From Macrostomum hystrix (Eukaryota; Animalia; Platyhelminthes): a stretch of 64,000 nt of DNA. Below, piece by piece: positions 33,423 to 46,139 of the stretch (its first letter is position 1; every line of letters begins with the position of its first letter). The notes under the pieces were generated by a model. That model ran no database searches. It was not told the origin of the DNA and was given only the letters and a program-made list of their open reading frames with translations. Where the stretch lies: positions 10,168,001 to 10,232,000 of the forward strand of contig CATNEN010000039.1 of NCBI GenBank assembly GCA_950097015.1, written 5' to 3'. A program made the position numbers and the translations under genes.

Positions 33423-36273
33423 ATGCGCCTGCTGTATTTGACATTGGGCCTGGCTCTATTAGCTTGCCTGTGCCGTGCCGACACTCCGGCCAACTGCAGC
33501 TACTCCGACGCCCTTGGCACCTGGCGAATCGTTGAAACCGAGCGCTACGGAGGTAATAGCGGTATCTCGTGCGGCGGACAGGTCCAGTACAAATACAGCC
33601 TCAATGTCACTCTGCAATACCCGGACCAGGCTGTTGACAGCTTTGGCAATGTGGGATTCTGGACACTTATCTATAACCAGGTGAGTAGCTACTCAGGACT
33701 TCACTTCCGTGCTTATTATACCAATTATACCTTCTCCCAGATCACAAACACCGACCCCATCTTCCCCAGATCCCCAACACCGACCCCCATCTTCTCCCAG
33801 ATCCCCAACACCGACCCCCATCTTCTCCCAGATCCCCAACACCGACCCCCATCTTCTCCCAGATCCCCAACACCGACCCCCATCTTCTCCCAGATCCCCA
33901 ACACCGACCCCCATCTTCTCCCAGATCCCCAGCACCGACCCCCATCTTCTCCCAGATCCCCAACACCGACCCCATCTTTTCCCACATCTCCAACACCTCA
34001 TTATCCCAAAACACCAATCAAAGCAATATTTCCGGTTATAAAAGTTAATATTTGATGTTATACTCAGATCTCTAAAATCGCGATTCTCCCTCATTCCATC
34101 CCAGGGATTCGAGGTGCGCATCGCCGGTCGCAAGTATTTCGGCTTCTTCCAGTGGCGCCAATCCGGCCCGTCGGTTGTGTCGCTGTGCAACTCGCTCTAT
34201 TCTAACAGCACCTCGCACGACCTGCTCGGCCGCAACTGGGCCTGCTTCACAGCCAACAAGCTGGCCAACCAGCAGCTGGCTGAGACAGACTCGCTCGGCT
34301 ACGAGCCTTCGATCCGCGTATCCAGCGTCACGCCTCTGTCTGGCCGGGCCGAGCAAACCGGCGTTCTCTACCAGCCCAATGCCGCCTACCTGAGCCAGGT
34401 GAACGCCGCTGCCGGCGGACTCTGGCTGGCCGGGGATTATCCTGAGTACCAGCTGAGCAGCCTGGCCGATCTTGTCCGGCGGGCCGGCGGCCGACTGTCG
34501 CGCATCTCCGGCCAACGGCCCCGGCCGGCCCAGCCCACTGACAGCCAGAAGATGCTGGCCAGCCTGCTGCCTGATAGCTGGGATTGGAGACAGGTGGGTC
34601 TGCCGCTGTATCCACCAGACACCTGCGTCTCTACAGCCATCTTCCCCTTTCTCCCGTGCCATCCTCCACTGCCATCTTCCCGCTATCCCCCTCCTACATC
34701 CCCTGCCATCTATCCCTATTCCCCTCCCACATCCCCTGCTATCTATCCCTATTCCCCTCCCACATCCCCTGCCATCTCCCCCTATTCCCCTCCCACATCC
34801 CTTCCATCTTCCCCTTCTCTCCCGTGTCATCATCCCATTCCCCCTATCTTCTGTCCATCTTCCCTGCCATTTTCCCTCTATCTTCCTCCCATCTCCCATC
34901 TGCAGTCTTCCAGACCCCTCCTGTCATCTTCCCTATATTTCCCCTGCCATTTTCACTTGTCAGCCCTGTCACCAGTTGAACCCGCACCTCCCAGGTAAAC
35001 GGCCAGAGCTTCGTGTCGCCAGTCCGCAATCAGGCCAGCTGCGGCAGCTGCTATTCTTTCTCGTCAACCGGCATGCTGGAGGCCAGGCTAAAGATTCTAA
35101 CTCGCAACACGGTCAATTATACCCTTAGCGAACAGGACGTGGTCGAATGCTCGCCATATTCTCAGGGCTGCGACGGCGGCTTTCCCTACCTGGTGGCCGG
35201 CAAATACGCCGAAGACTACGGCCTGGCACTGGAGGAGTGCAATCCGTATAGGGGCCAGGATGGCGTCTGCCGTACCAAGCAGCCCTGCAAGCGACTGTTC
35301 GCCACCAATTATCAGTATGTTGGCGGCTACTATGGCGCGTAAGTGATGGATGCGTTGACTGTTGGCCTAAACTAAATCTTAGATTAGAACACCTATTCTA
35401 GGAATCTCTAATTAGAACACCTATTCTAGGAATCTCTAATTAGAACACCTATTCTAGGAATATCTAATTAGAACACCTATTCTAGGAATTTCTAATTAAA
35501 ACACCTATTCTAGGAATCTCTAATTAGAACACCTTTTCTATGAATCTCTAATTAAAACACCTATTCTAGGAATCTCTAATTAGAACACCTATTCTAGGAA
35601 TCTCTAATTAAAACACCTATTCTAGGAATCTCTAATTAGAACACCTATTCTAGGAATCTCTTATTAGAACACCTATTCTAGGAATCTCTTATTAGAACAC
35701 CTATTCTAGGAATCTCTTATTAGAACACCTATTCTAGGAATCTCTAATTAGAACACCTATTCTAGGAATCTCTAATTAGAACACCTATTCTAGGAATCTC
35801 TTATTAGAACACCTATTCTAGGAATCTCTTATTAAAACACCTATTCTAGGAATCTCTTATTAGAACACCTATTCTAGGAATCTCTTATTAAAACACCTAT
35901 TCCAGGAATCTGTAATTAGAAAACCTGTTCCAACCTTCCCTCCAGCTGCTCCGAGGAAGCCATGCGCATCGCCCTGGTGAATCACGGACCGCTGAGCGTC
36001 TCCTTTGAGGTGTACGACGACTTCTTGCACTACAAGAGCGGCATCTACCGGCACACCGGCCTGCGCGACAAGTTCAACCCGTTCGAGGTGACGAATCACG
36101 CGGTGCTTCTAGTCGGCTACGGCGTCGACTCGGCCACCGGCGTCAAGTACTGGACGGTGAAGAACAGCTGGGGCACCAGCTGGGGCGAGCAGGGCTTTTT
36201 CCGTATTTTTCGCGGAGCTGACGAGTGCGCCATCGAGTCACTGGCTGTGGAGTCCTTCCCAATGATGCCTTAA
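33423..36273 (+). CDS. CTSC: Cathepsin C (dipeptidyl peptidase I), 4 exons, about 472 aa
   Basis: join(33423-33680,34105-34593,34995-35338,35946-36273). Signal peptide, exclusion domain DTPANC...[18 protein letters not shown], catalytic [20 protein letters not shown] and VKNSWG. Confidence 0.97.
33730..33975 (+). repeat. 31-bp C-rich minisatellite in CTSC intron 1
   Basis: Tandem CTTCTCCCAGATCCCCAACACCGACCCCCAT. Confidence 0.9.
34640..34950 (+). repeat. Degenerate 33-bp pyrimidine-rich repeat in CTSC intron 2
   Basis: ATCTATCCCTATTCCCCTCCCACATCCCCTGCT-like units. Confidence 0.75.
35382..35925 (+). repeat. 28-bp minisatellite in CTSC intron 3
   Basis: Tandem ATTAGAACACCTATTCTAGGAATCTCTA. 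Confidence 0.95.
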
Positions 36274-36309
36274 CTGGCCTGCGTGGCAGACAATTCTTTT
36301 TTTAAACCT

Positions 36310-36668
36310 CCCTGACCTACCTAAATTTTTGTTCACTTCCCTTACCTACCCTTTTGTCTACTCCAGTTACATAGCTTTTTGTCCACTACCTTACCTACTT
36401 TTTTGTCTACTACCCAACCTACTCTTTTGTCTACTCCACAACCTAACATTTGTCTACTCCCTAACCTACCATTTGTCTACTTCCCAACCTACCCTTTGTC
36501 TACTTCCCAACCTACCCTTTGTCTACTTCTCAACTAACCTTTTTGTCTACTCCACTTACCTTTTTGTCCACTCCCTTACCTACCTTTTTATCTACTACCC
36601 AACCCACCATTTGTCTACTTCCCAACCTACAATTTGTCTACTTTCTAACCTACCCTTTGTCTACTTCA
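36310..36668 (+). repeat. Degenerate ~23-24-bp repeat in CTSC 3' region
   Basis: TTTGTCTACTTCCCAACCTACCC-like units. Confidence 0.8.
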
Positions 36669-37324
36669 GATAGCCACAGACAGAACTACGTGAGCACTAC
36701 TTGTTGATTTTTTAATCAGTAAACTAATTTAAAACTAACTCACTAAACTAATTGTAATACTCGCAGTAGTGTTAAACGTTCAAGTATATTTTTCAATGCT
36801 ACTGTGAGTTAATAATTTAATCTGAACAAATTTAGTAATAAAACTTTTCTTTCCAGAAACAGAGCGAATATTTTAATAGTTTTCTGCTTTCTACTTTTGA
36901 TTGTTAATCAACTTTAGATTTTTGATTCTTGGAGCCTGTATTATTCAACCCTAATTGTGCTATTTTACTTTTAGTAGCAAGATCGCATTATCGTTGAATT
37001 TTCAAAAATTCTTGCACAAAAAGATAGGATTTTACTATTGTAAATCTGTTAATGCTTCTTTCATAGACTTACAATAGTGAAATAAGTACAGTGATTACTT
37101 CTGTTGATTACTATTACTGTCATGCGAATATGTTTGTGTTTTTTACCTTGGCTTCCTAATTTTTGTATCTCTTTTCTACCCAAGATGCACGCCGGTGACA
37201 AGGCCAAATAAATACTTATTTAAAGCCGAGATTATCTTCTTTATTCAAATAGAAAATTCGAATTTGATTACTCTATAAATAAATGACGCAGGCTGTTTTT
37301 ACTTTGTTGTCTTTTAACCTCGAA

Positions 37325-39617
37325 GTCTGTCTGTCTGACTGTCTGCCTGTCTGTCTGTCTATCTGTCTGACTGTCTGCCTGTCTGTCTGTCTATCTGACT
37401 GCCTGTCTGTCTGACTGTCTGCCTGTCTGTCTGTCTATCTGACTGCCTGTCTGTCTGCCTGTCTGTCTGTCTGTCTGTCTGTCTGACTGCCTGTCTGTCT
37501 GACTGTCTGTCTGCCTGTCTGACTGTTTGTCTGACTGTCTGCCTGTCTGTCTGCCTGTCTGTCTGCCTGTCTGTCTGCCTGTCTGTCTGCCTGTCTGTCT
37601 GCCTGTCTGTCTGCCTGTCTGACTGCCTGTCTGTCTGCCTGTCTGACTGTCTGTCTGTCTGTCTGTCTATCTGACTGCCTGTCTGTCTGCCTGTCTGTCT
37701 GTCTGTCTGACTGACTGCCTGTCTGTCTGACTGTCTGTCTGCCTGTCTGACTGTCTGCCTGTCTGACTGTTTGTCTGACTGTCTGCCTGTCTGTCTGCCT
37801 GTCTGACTGTTTGTCTGACTGTCTGCCTGTCTGTCTGCCTGTCTGTCTGCCTGTCTGTCTGCCTGTCTGTCTGCCTGTCTGTCTGCCTGTCTGTCTGCCT
37901 GTCTGACTGCCTGTCTGTCTGCCTGTCTGACTGTCTGTCTGTCTGTCTGTCTATCTGACTGCCTGTCTGTCTGCCTGTCTGTCTGTCTGTCTGACTGACT
38001 GCCTGTCTGTCTGACTGTCTGTCTGCCTGTCTGACTGTCTGCCTGTCTGACTGTTTGTCTGACTGTCTGCCTGTCTGTCTGCCTGTCTGTCTGCCTGTCT
38101 GACTGTCTGTCTGTCTGTCTGTCTATCTGACTGCCTGTCTGTCTGCCTGTCTGTCTGTCTGTCTGACTGACTGCCTGTCTGTCTGACTGTCTGTCTGCCT
38201 GTCTGACTGTCTGCCTGTCTGACTGTCTGCCTGTCCGTCTGCCTGTCTGTCTGCCTGTCTGTCTGTCTGCCTGTCTGTCTGCCTGTCTGTCTGCCTGTCT
38301 GTCTGCCTGTCTGACTGCCTGCCTGTCTGACTGTCTGTCTGTCTGTCTGTCTATCTGACTGCCTGTCTGTCTGCCTGTCTGTCTGTCTGTCTGACTGACT
38401 GCCTGTCTGTCTGACTGTCTGTCTGCCTGTCTGACTGTCTGCCTGTCTGACTGTTTGTCTGACTGTCTGCCTGTCTGTCTGCCTGTCTGACTGCCTGTCT
38501 GTCTGCCTGTCTGACTGTCTGTCTGTCTGTCTGTCTATCTGACTGCCTGTCTGTCTGCCTGTCTGTCTGTCTGTCTGACTGACTGCCTGTCTGTCTGACT
38601 GTCTGTCTGCCTGTCTGACTGTCTGCCTGTCTGACTGTTTGTCTGACTGTCTGCCTGTCTGTCTGCCTGTCTGTCTGCCTGTCTGTCTGCCTGTCTGTCT
38701 GCCTGTCTGTCTGCCTGTCTGTCTGTCTGACTGTCTGCCTGTCTATCTGTCTATCTGACTGCCTGTCTGTCTGTCTGCCTGTCTGTCTGTCTGTCTGTCT
38801 GACTGCCTGTCTGTCTGACTGTCTGTCTGCCTGTCTGACTGTCTGCCTGTCTGACTGTTTGTCTGACTGTCTGCCTGTCTGTCTGCCTGTCTGTCTGTCT
38901 GTCTGTCTGCCTGTCTGTCTGCCTGTCTGTCTGCCTGTCTGACTGTCTGTCTGCCTGTCTGTCTGCCTGCCTGTCTGTCTGCCTGTCTGTCTGTCTGCCT
39001 GTCTGTCTGTCTTATTGTCTGTCTGACTGTCTGCCTGTCTGTCTGTCTGCCTGTCTTTCTGTCTGTCTGTCTGTCTGTCTTATTGTCTGCCTGTCTTTCT
39101 GTCTGTCTGTCTGTCTGTCTTATTGTCTGTCTGTCTGCCTGTCTGTCTGCCTGCCTGTCTGTCTGTCTGTCTGTCTGATTGTCTGCCTGTCTGTCTGTCT
39201 GACTGCCTGTCTGTCTGTCTGTCTGTCTGCCTGTCTGTCTGTTTGTCTGTCTGACTGTCTGCCTGTCTGTCTGTCTGACTGCCTGTCTGTCTGTCTGTCT
39301 GTCTGCCTGTCTGTCTGTCTGCCTGTCTGTCTTTCTGCCTGTCTGTCTGCCTGTCTGTCTGTCTGCCATTTGTCTTTCTGCCTGTCTGTCTGCCTGTCTG
39401 TCTGTCTGTCTGTCTGTCTGCCTGTCTGTCTGTCTGCCTGTCTGTCTGCCTGTCTGTCTGTCTGCCTGTCTATCTGTCTGTCTGTCTGTCTGTCTGTCTG
39501 CCTGTCTGTCTGTCTGCCTGTCTGTCTTTCTGCCTGTCTGTCTGCCTGTCTGTCTGTCTGTCTGCCTGTCTGTCTGTCTGCCATTTGTCTTTCTGCCTGT
39601 CTGTCTGCCTGTCTGTC
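37325..39617. repeat. 2.3-kb compound (TCTG/CCTG/ACTG)n microsatellite with higher-order blocks
   Basis: Direct inspection. Confidence 0.97.
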
Positions 39618-40913
39618 CACGCCGTATCCAACGACAACAAAATAGTCCCAAGACCACAGAGACCCATCTTTTTATTTTTAGGGCCGCGTTCTTTTGTGCG
39701 CGAGAAAACATCTGCGATGCTCATGGAGTCAGGAATCGAACCTGCGATAATACAGACATTAATAGCTCACCTGATGAAGATTTCTGCTTTTTATCAGCAA
39801 AACCCCATAGCAGGAGTTTAATGAAAGAGCTTGATAATATTCAAAGACATTGGTGCGCATTTTAGTGAGTTTGGCAGAATTCCAGTCCATGGACTGAACA
39901 GCTAAAGACTGTACATGTACATAGCGTATATAAATAGGTGTTATTCTATCTTTATACTCGTATATACTCGTATCTCTTGTTTGTTCGCGTGTTTATGTTA
40001 TAGTTATGGCCATAAAGTACTTTAATCGTATTAACTTTGCTTACCGGAGCTTGATAAAATAAGAGACACAGAAAATATGAAATCGCAAATTTGTATAAAA
40101 ATCAACACCGAAACGCAGGTCGACCTAATTTAAGGTAAAAAGTTGTTTCACCTCCGACCAGTCCAATAGTTTTGCTTTATATTTGCTTCTGCGATGCCCA
40201 AACCTGACAGACAGCTAACAATTTTAGGTCTTGCTGACCTAGGGGGTATAGATATTGTCCGCTTTACCTGTCTGTAATTAATTCATCGTTTACTTTAGTT
40301 ATGCCATCCCCCGGTGCAGCAACAAAGCAATCTGGGCAGGTAGATGATTTTAAGGTTTACAAATCAATCAACTAAGATATGAAAATATCAACGACGCTTA
40401 GCTTCGATGCGAAATATTTTTTTCCAAATATTTTTTGTTTCAAATCAATGAACTAGCAACAACAATTGTTAAAATGGATGGAGCATTGGCGAGGCAAAAA
40501 TGGCGGTGGAAAATTGTGAATATTATTTCAAATCAGCACAGTTTCTAAGAAAGAAATCAATATTTGGTCGCAAGAAAAAAATGGATATAATCTGCGGCGA
40601 TTAGGAAAAAAAACCTGGCGAAATGAATGGGAGTGAAAAATGTATGCAAGAAAGAGCAACGAACAGGTGTGTGCGCGTGGTCTTTGTTCCAACCCGACAT
40701 AAGCACAGCCAATGAGATACACTTAGCAAATAGATATCAGATGAGCAAAATAAAGTTGAGCGATAAGAAAGCAAATGCAATATTTGTCTAACGTGAACAC
40801 AAACTGAAAGGAACAGTGAAACTGAGAATTAAGAAGAAACACTCCTGTTGCTTTTTTTGTTCGCATTTTTCGATTCTGAATGATTTATTTCTATACGAAC
40901 TTCTCTATCGAGC

Positions 40914-42212
40914 TCACAGCTGATGCTGACTTACCGTGGTCTCAAACTGGTGCGGCTGCTGATGCTGACTGACCGCAGCCGGCGATGCGCTAGCCACAGC
41001 CAGTGAAGGCATGCTGCCCCACGACTTCATGCAGAAGGCCGGGCTGCCCGCAACTGGCAAATAGACGGCGGTTGCCGGAGCGGCGGTATTGCTGTACATC
41101 ACGGGCTGAAATCTTGCCATGGGCAGCGCAGCTGCGTACTGCTGATGTTGATAGTACTGATACTGCTGCTGCTGTTCATGCTGCTGCTGCTGCTGCTGCT
41201 GATGCTTCAGGTGCTGATGCTGCTGCTGCTGTTCATGCTGCTGCTGCTGCTGCTGCTGATGCTTCAGGTGCTGATGCTGCTGCCACAAGTTGGCCTGCCG
41301 CTGCGACTGGACCCTGTACATTGCGAATCGCGGATAAGCATTCGTTGCGGCGTTAGCAGCGGCGGCGGCGGCAGCTGCAGCCGCGGCTGCCGCTTGAGCT
41401 GCGCCGCCAGCCGGGTCCGCCTGCTGCGGCGGCCAGCAGGGCACGGCGGCGGTGACCGCAGGTCCAGTCGATGAGACTGTGCTGACAGGCAGCGCTGCCT
41501 GATGCTGGGGCAGTTGGCCTTCGCCAGGAGTCGCAATATAGCACTCGGCCATCGCAGTTTCAATAGATTGCGACGACATGTCGGCCATGGAGGCGACGGC
41601 AACGGCGGTGACTGACGAGTCGTCGCAGGCGACGCCACTGTCATCTGCAGCGGCTGTCGGCGTGGCTCCACTTGTTGTTGCTGTCGTTGGTGTAGTATGA
41701 AAACTGCCGATATGCTGCTGCTGCTGCTGCTGCTGGCACAGGCTGGGGTCAGTCGGGTGGCGCTGTCTTGGGTGATCGGCCGACTCGCACGCCTGATCAT
41801 CCGATGCAGTAGGGCTGCCTCCAGGACCGTGCTGATAGTCTTCGTAGACATTCGCGCACACCGGAGTTGAAAAGGAAGTGCTATAGTGCATCTGCTGCTG
41901 CTGCTGCTGATGCTGCAAATGGGCTTGATAATGCCCATAGCTCACTGGCTGCTGTTGGTGATAATGAAAGTGCTGCGGCTGCATTAGAAACTGATGCGAC
42001 GGATAATAGCCCGGCATATAGAAGCCATGCGGCTGCTGCTGCTGCTGCTGCGGCTGAGCCAGGTGCTGCTGATTTGAGGGAGCGCATCCGCCGCTTATAC
42101 TGTATCCAACAGCGGGTGGCATCTGGAGTGGAGTTACATGCGACAGCGAAGTTTGCGCATAGTAACCACTATTCGAAGCATTCGGGTGCTGATAAGGAGT
42201 GGCTGCTGACCA

Positions 42213-42251
<39 letters not shown>

Positions 42252-42557
42252 TTGCTGCTGGTGTTGCGGATGTTGCTGCTGCTGCTGCTGGTACTGGTGC
42301 TGAGGCTGCGGCTGGATACAAGAGCCAGCAGCCATAGCCGCTGCATGGTTTCGCATTTTCTCGGCGACCTTGTCCGCCACCTGGTCTGTGATCTCCTGCA
42401 GTATGTGAGTCATATCAGGCTGCTGCTGCTGCTGCTGCTGCTGCTGATGAAACTGGTGGTGCTGATTCTGCGTTGTTGTATTCGCTAAAACTGCAGGCTG
42501 AGACTGCTGACGCAGTAGGACTGGCACATGATTAGGCTTGAAATAGTAGGCCGTCAT
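40914..42557 (-). CDS. 547-aa glutamine/histidine/alanine-rich low-complexity protein
   Basis: Long GC-rich ORF with polyQ and polyA tracts. No recognisable domain. The frame is open upstream to an acceptor-like TTTACAG at 42601. Confidence 0.65.
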
Positions 42558-43629
42558 GCTTGGTCCACGGACAAATTTGACTTGGCCTGCGACTCGGAAG
42601 CTGTAAACAACAGTTTGCTGTTTTTCTGGACTTCTGCGAGTCTTATTTGTTAGCAGCCGGTATTTTTGTTGACCACAAACAGCTTTTTACAATGCTTTTA
42701 AGTTCACAACAATCACGGCGGTCCAGGGAGAGAAAGGAGTGAGTATGTTGGGCTGGGTTGGATATATTCAGGCCTCCGATGGGGTTGAACGCACCTCAGT
42801 TGCAAAAGGAGGCAAGGGCGTGGGGCGGGACTAATCCTGCCCCAGCCTTGCGCCACTCACCCGCAGTTTTTATTGTCTGGCTGGTGAGAGGGTGGGCATG
42901 GCGGAGGGGTGGGTGCTATTTTTGCTGGCCTAGCCAATCGGATCCAATCAATTTTATAACGCCAACCCCTTTTACTTTTCTACCCCCACTGCACTAATTT
43001 AGCCTTTACCCTGTCGCCGATGCGGAGGTGGGGTGGGTTTACCCCTTATTTAAATTTAAATTTATACCGCATTCAGACTCTAGTGCAATTGTACCAGTCT
43101 AACCTTTCCTATAGTCTATACTGATCTGCGAATACTTGATAAAGTATATTTAACTGGCCAGACGGAGATGTTCTTTAAAGCATAAACTATGACACTCTTT
43201 ACCCAAATTCAGCAGTGCGAAGGACAAATGAATTAGCGGTTATATTTTAGCTTTGTACTTGTACCTTAAATTGATACAAATGAACAAAATTGTTCCAATT
43301 CGATGTATCTAGAAAAGTTTGCACCGATAAAACGGACTAGTTGAGAGCCATAAAAATGATAGCATCTCAGCCAATTTCGCATCTGAAATCTTGGAGGCTT
43401 AAAGTTGAATTGAAGTATGTGCAACGTCAATGTCAGATGTTTCAGAACCTCCTGGCTGCTGACGACTCAAGCTCAACTTTTACTTTTAAGAATGTCCCGC
43501 ACTTTTCGTATCGGAAAGTACTTCAGGAAAGTAATTTTGTCGACGAAACAGTATATTTTTTCTCTGCCAAGAAATGACAAAAACATTGCGTGATAAAGTG
43601 CATTTGAAAGCCAGAAATATGTAAGCATC

Positions 43630-45974
43630 TTCCATCTCACTCACAGGTATTGCTCAGACTTCTATGTCACTCACAGGTATTGCTCAGACTTCCATTGCAT
43701 CTCACTCACAGGTATTGCTCAGACTTCCATTGCATCTCACTCACAGGTATTGCTCAGACTTCCATTGCATCTCACTCACAGGTATTGCTCAGACTTCCAT
43801 TGCATCTCACTCGCAGGTATTGCACAGGCTTCCATCTCACTCACAGGTATTGCTCAGACTTCCATCTCACTCACAGGTAATTCACAGGCTTCAATGTCAC
43901 TCACAGGTATTGCTCAGGCTTCCATCTCACTCACAGGTATTGCTCAGACTTCCATGTCACTCACAGGTATTGCACAGGCTTCAATGTCACTCACAGGTAT
44001 TGCTCAGGCTTCCATCTCACTCACAGGTATGGCTCAGACTTCCATGTCACTCACAGGTATTGCACAGGCTCCCATCTCACTCACAGGTATGGCTCAGACT
44101 TCAATGTCACTCACAGGTATTGCTCAGGCTTCCATCTCACTCACAGGTATTGCTCAGACTTCCATGTCACTCACAGGTATTGCACAGGCTTCCATGTCAC
44201 TCACAGGTATTGCACAGGCTCCCATCTCACTCACAGGTATTGCTTAGACTTCCATTTCACTCACAGGTATTGCACAGACTTCCATTTCACTCACAGGTAT
44301 TGCACAGGCTTCCATGTCACTCACAGGTATTGCACAGGCTTCCATGTCACTCACAGGTATTGCTTAGACTTCCATTTCACTCACAGGTATTGCACAGGCT
44401 TCCATTTCACTCACAGGTATTGCACAGACTTCCATGTCACTCACAGGTATTGCACAGGCTCCCATCTCACTCACAGGTATTGCTTAGACTTCCATGTCAC
44501 TCACAGGTATTGCACAGGCTTCCATGTCACTCACAGGTATTGCACAGGCTCCCATCTCACTCACAGGTATTGCTTAGACTTCCATTTCACTCACAGGTAT
44601 TGCACAGACTTCCATGTCACTCACAGGTATTGCACAGGCTCCCATCTCACTCACAGGTATTGCTTAGACTTCCATTTCACTCACAGGTATTGCACAGGCT
44701 TCCATGTCACTCACAGGTATTGCACAGGCTTCCATGTCACTCACAGGTATTGCACAGACTTCCATGTCACTCACAGGTATTGCTTAGACTTCCATTTCAC
44801 TCACAGGTATTGCACAGGCTTCCATTTCACTCACAGGTATTGCACAGACTTCCATGTCACTCACAGGTATTGCACAGGCTCCCATCTCACTCACAGGTAT
44901 TGCTTAGACTTCCATGTCACTCACAGGTATTGCACAGGCTTCCATGTCACTCACAGGTATTGCACAGACTTCCATGTCACTGACAGGTATTGCACAGGCT
45001 TCCATGTCACTCACAGGTATTGCACAGACTTCCATGTCACTCACAGGTATTGCTTAGACTTCCATTTCACTCACAGGTATTGCACAGGCTTCCATTTCAC
45101 TCACAGGTATTGCACAGACTTCCATGTCACTCACAGGTATTGCACAGGCTCCCATCTCACTCACAGGTATTGCTCAGACTTCCATGTCACTCACAGGTAT
45201 TGCACAGGCTTCCATGTCACTCACAGGTATTGCACAGACTTCCATGTCACTGACAGGTATTGCTCAGACTTCCATGTCACTCACAGGTATTGCACAGGCT
45301 TCCATGTCACTCACAGGTATTGCACAGACTTCCATGTCACTCACAGGTATTGCACAGGCTCCCATCTCACTCACAGGTATTGCTTAGACTTCCATGTCAC
45401 TCACAGGTATTGCACAGGCTTCCATGTCACTCACAGGTATTGCACAGACTTCCATGTCACTGACAGGTATTGCTCAGACTTCCATGTCACTCACAGGTAT
45501 TGCACAGGCTTCCATGTCACTCACAGGTATTGCACAGACTTCCATGTCACTCACAGGTATTGCTTAGACTTCCATTTCACTCACAGGTATTGCACAGGCT
45601 TCCATTTCACTCACAGGTATTGCACAGACTTCCATGTCACTCACAGGTATTGCACAGGCTCCCATCTCACTCACAGGTATTGCTTAGACTTCCATGTCAC
45701 TCACAGGTATTGCACAGGCTTCCATGTCACTCACAGGTATTGCACAGACTTCCATGTCACTGACAGGTATTGCTCAGACTTCCATGTCACTCACAGGTAT
45801 TGCACAGGCTTCCATGTCACTCACAGGTATTGCACAGGCTTCCATCTCACTCACAGGTATTGCACAGGCTCCCATCTCACTCACAGGTATTGCACAGACT
45901 TCCATGTCACTCACAGGTATTGCTCAGACTTCCATGTCACTCACAGGTATTGCACAGGCTTCCATCTCACTCAC
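43630..45974 (-). repeat. 30-bp satellite array (about 77 copies) beginning at a 5' splice site
   Basis: Minus-strand unit GTGAGTGACATGGAAGCCTGTGCAATACCT. The first unit directly follows GC-rich ...GAGCCGCCG| at 45975. Confidence 0.97.
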
Positions 45975-46139
45975 CGGCGGCTCCGTCGCCCGTAGCAGTC
46001 GAACATGCGTAACACCAACCAAAAAAGCTGCAATTCGAAAAACGCTTCTCTTTAAGCTAACTTTCAAATCCTCTTCTGGTTCGTGGATGTAGAATGGCAC
46101 CTCGTAGATAACTTATGAGTTGCTGCTGCAGTGCTCTAT

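Noticed and set aside
38743-39724. 322-aa and 166-aa RQTD-repeat ORFs
   Set aside because: Translations of the (CAGA)n microsatellite.
43630-45974. CRISPR-like array or 439-aa repeat protein
   Set aside because: Units are contiguous with no unique spacers, there are no cas genes, the context is eukaryotic, and the ORFs arise from a 30-bp period.
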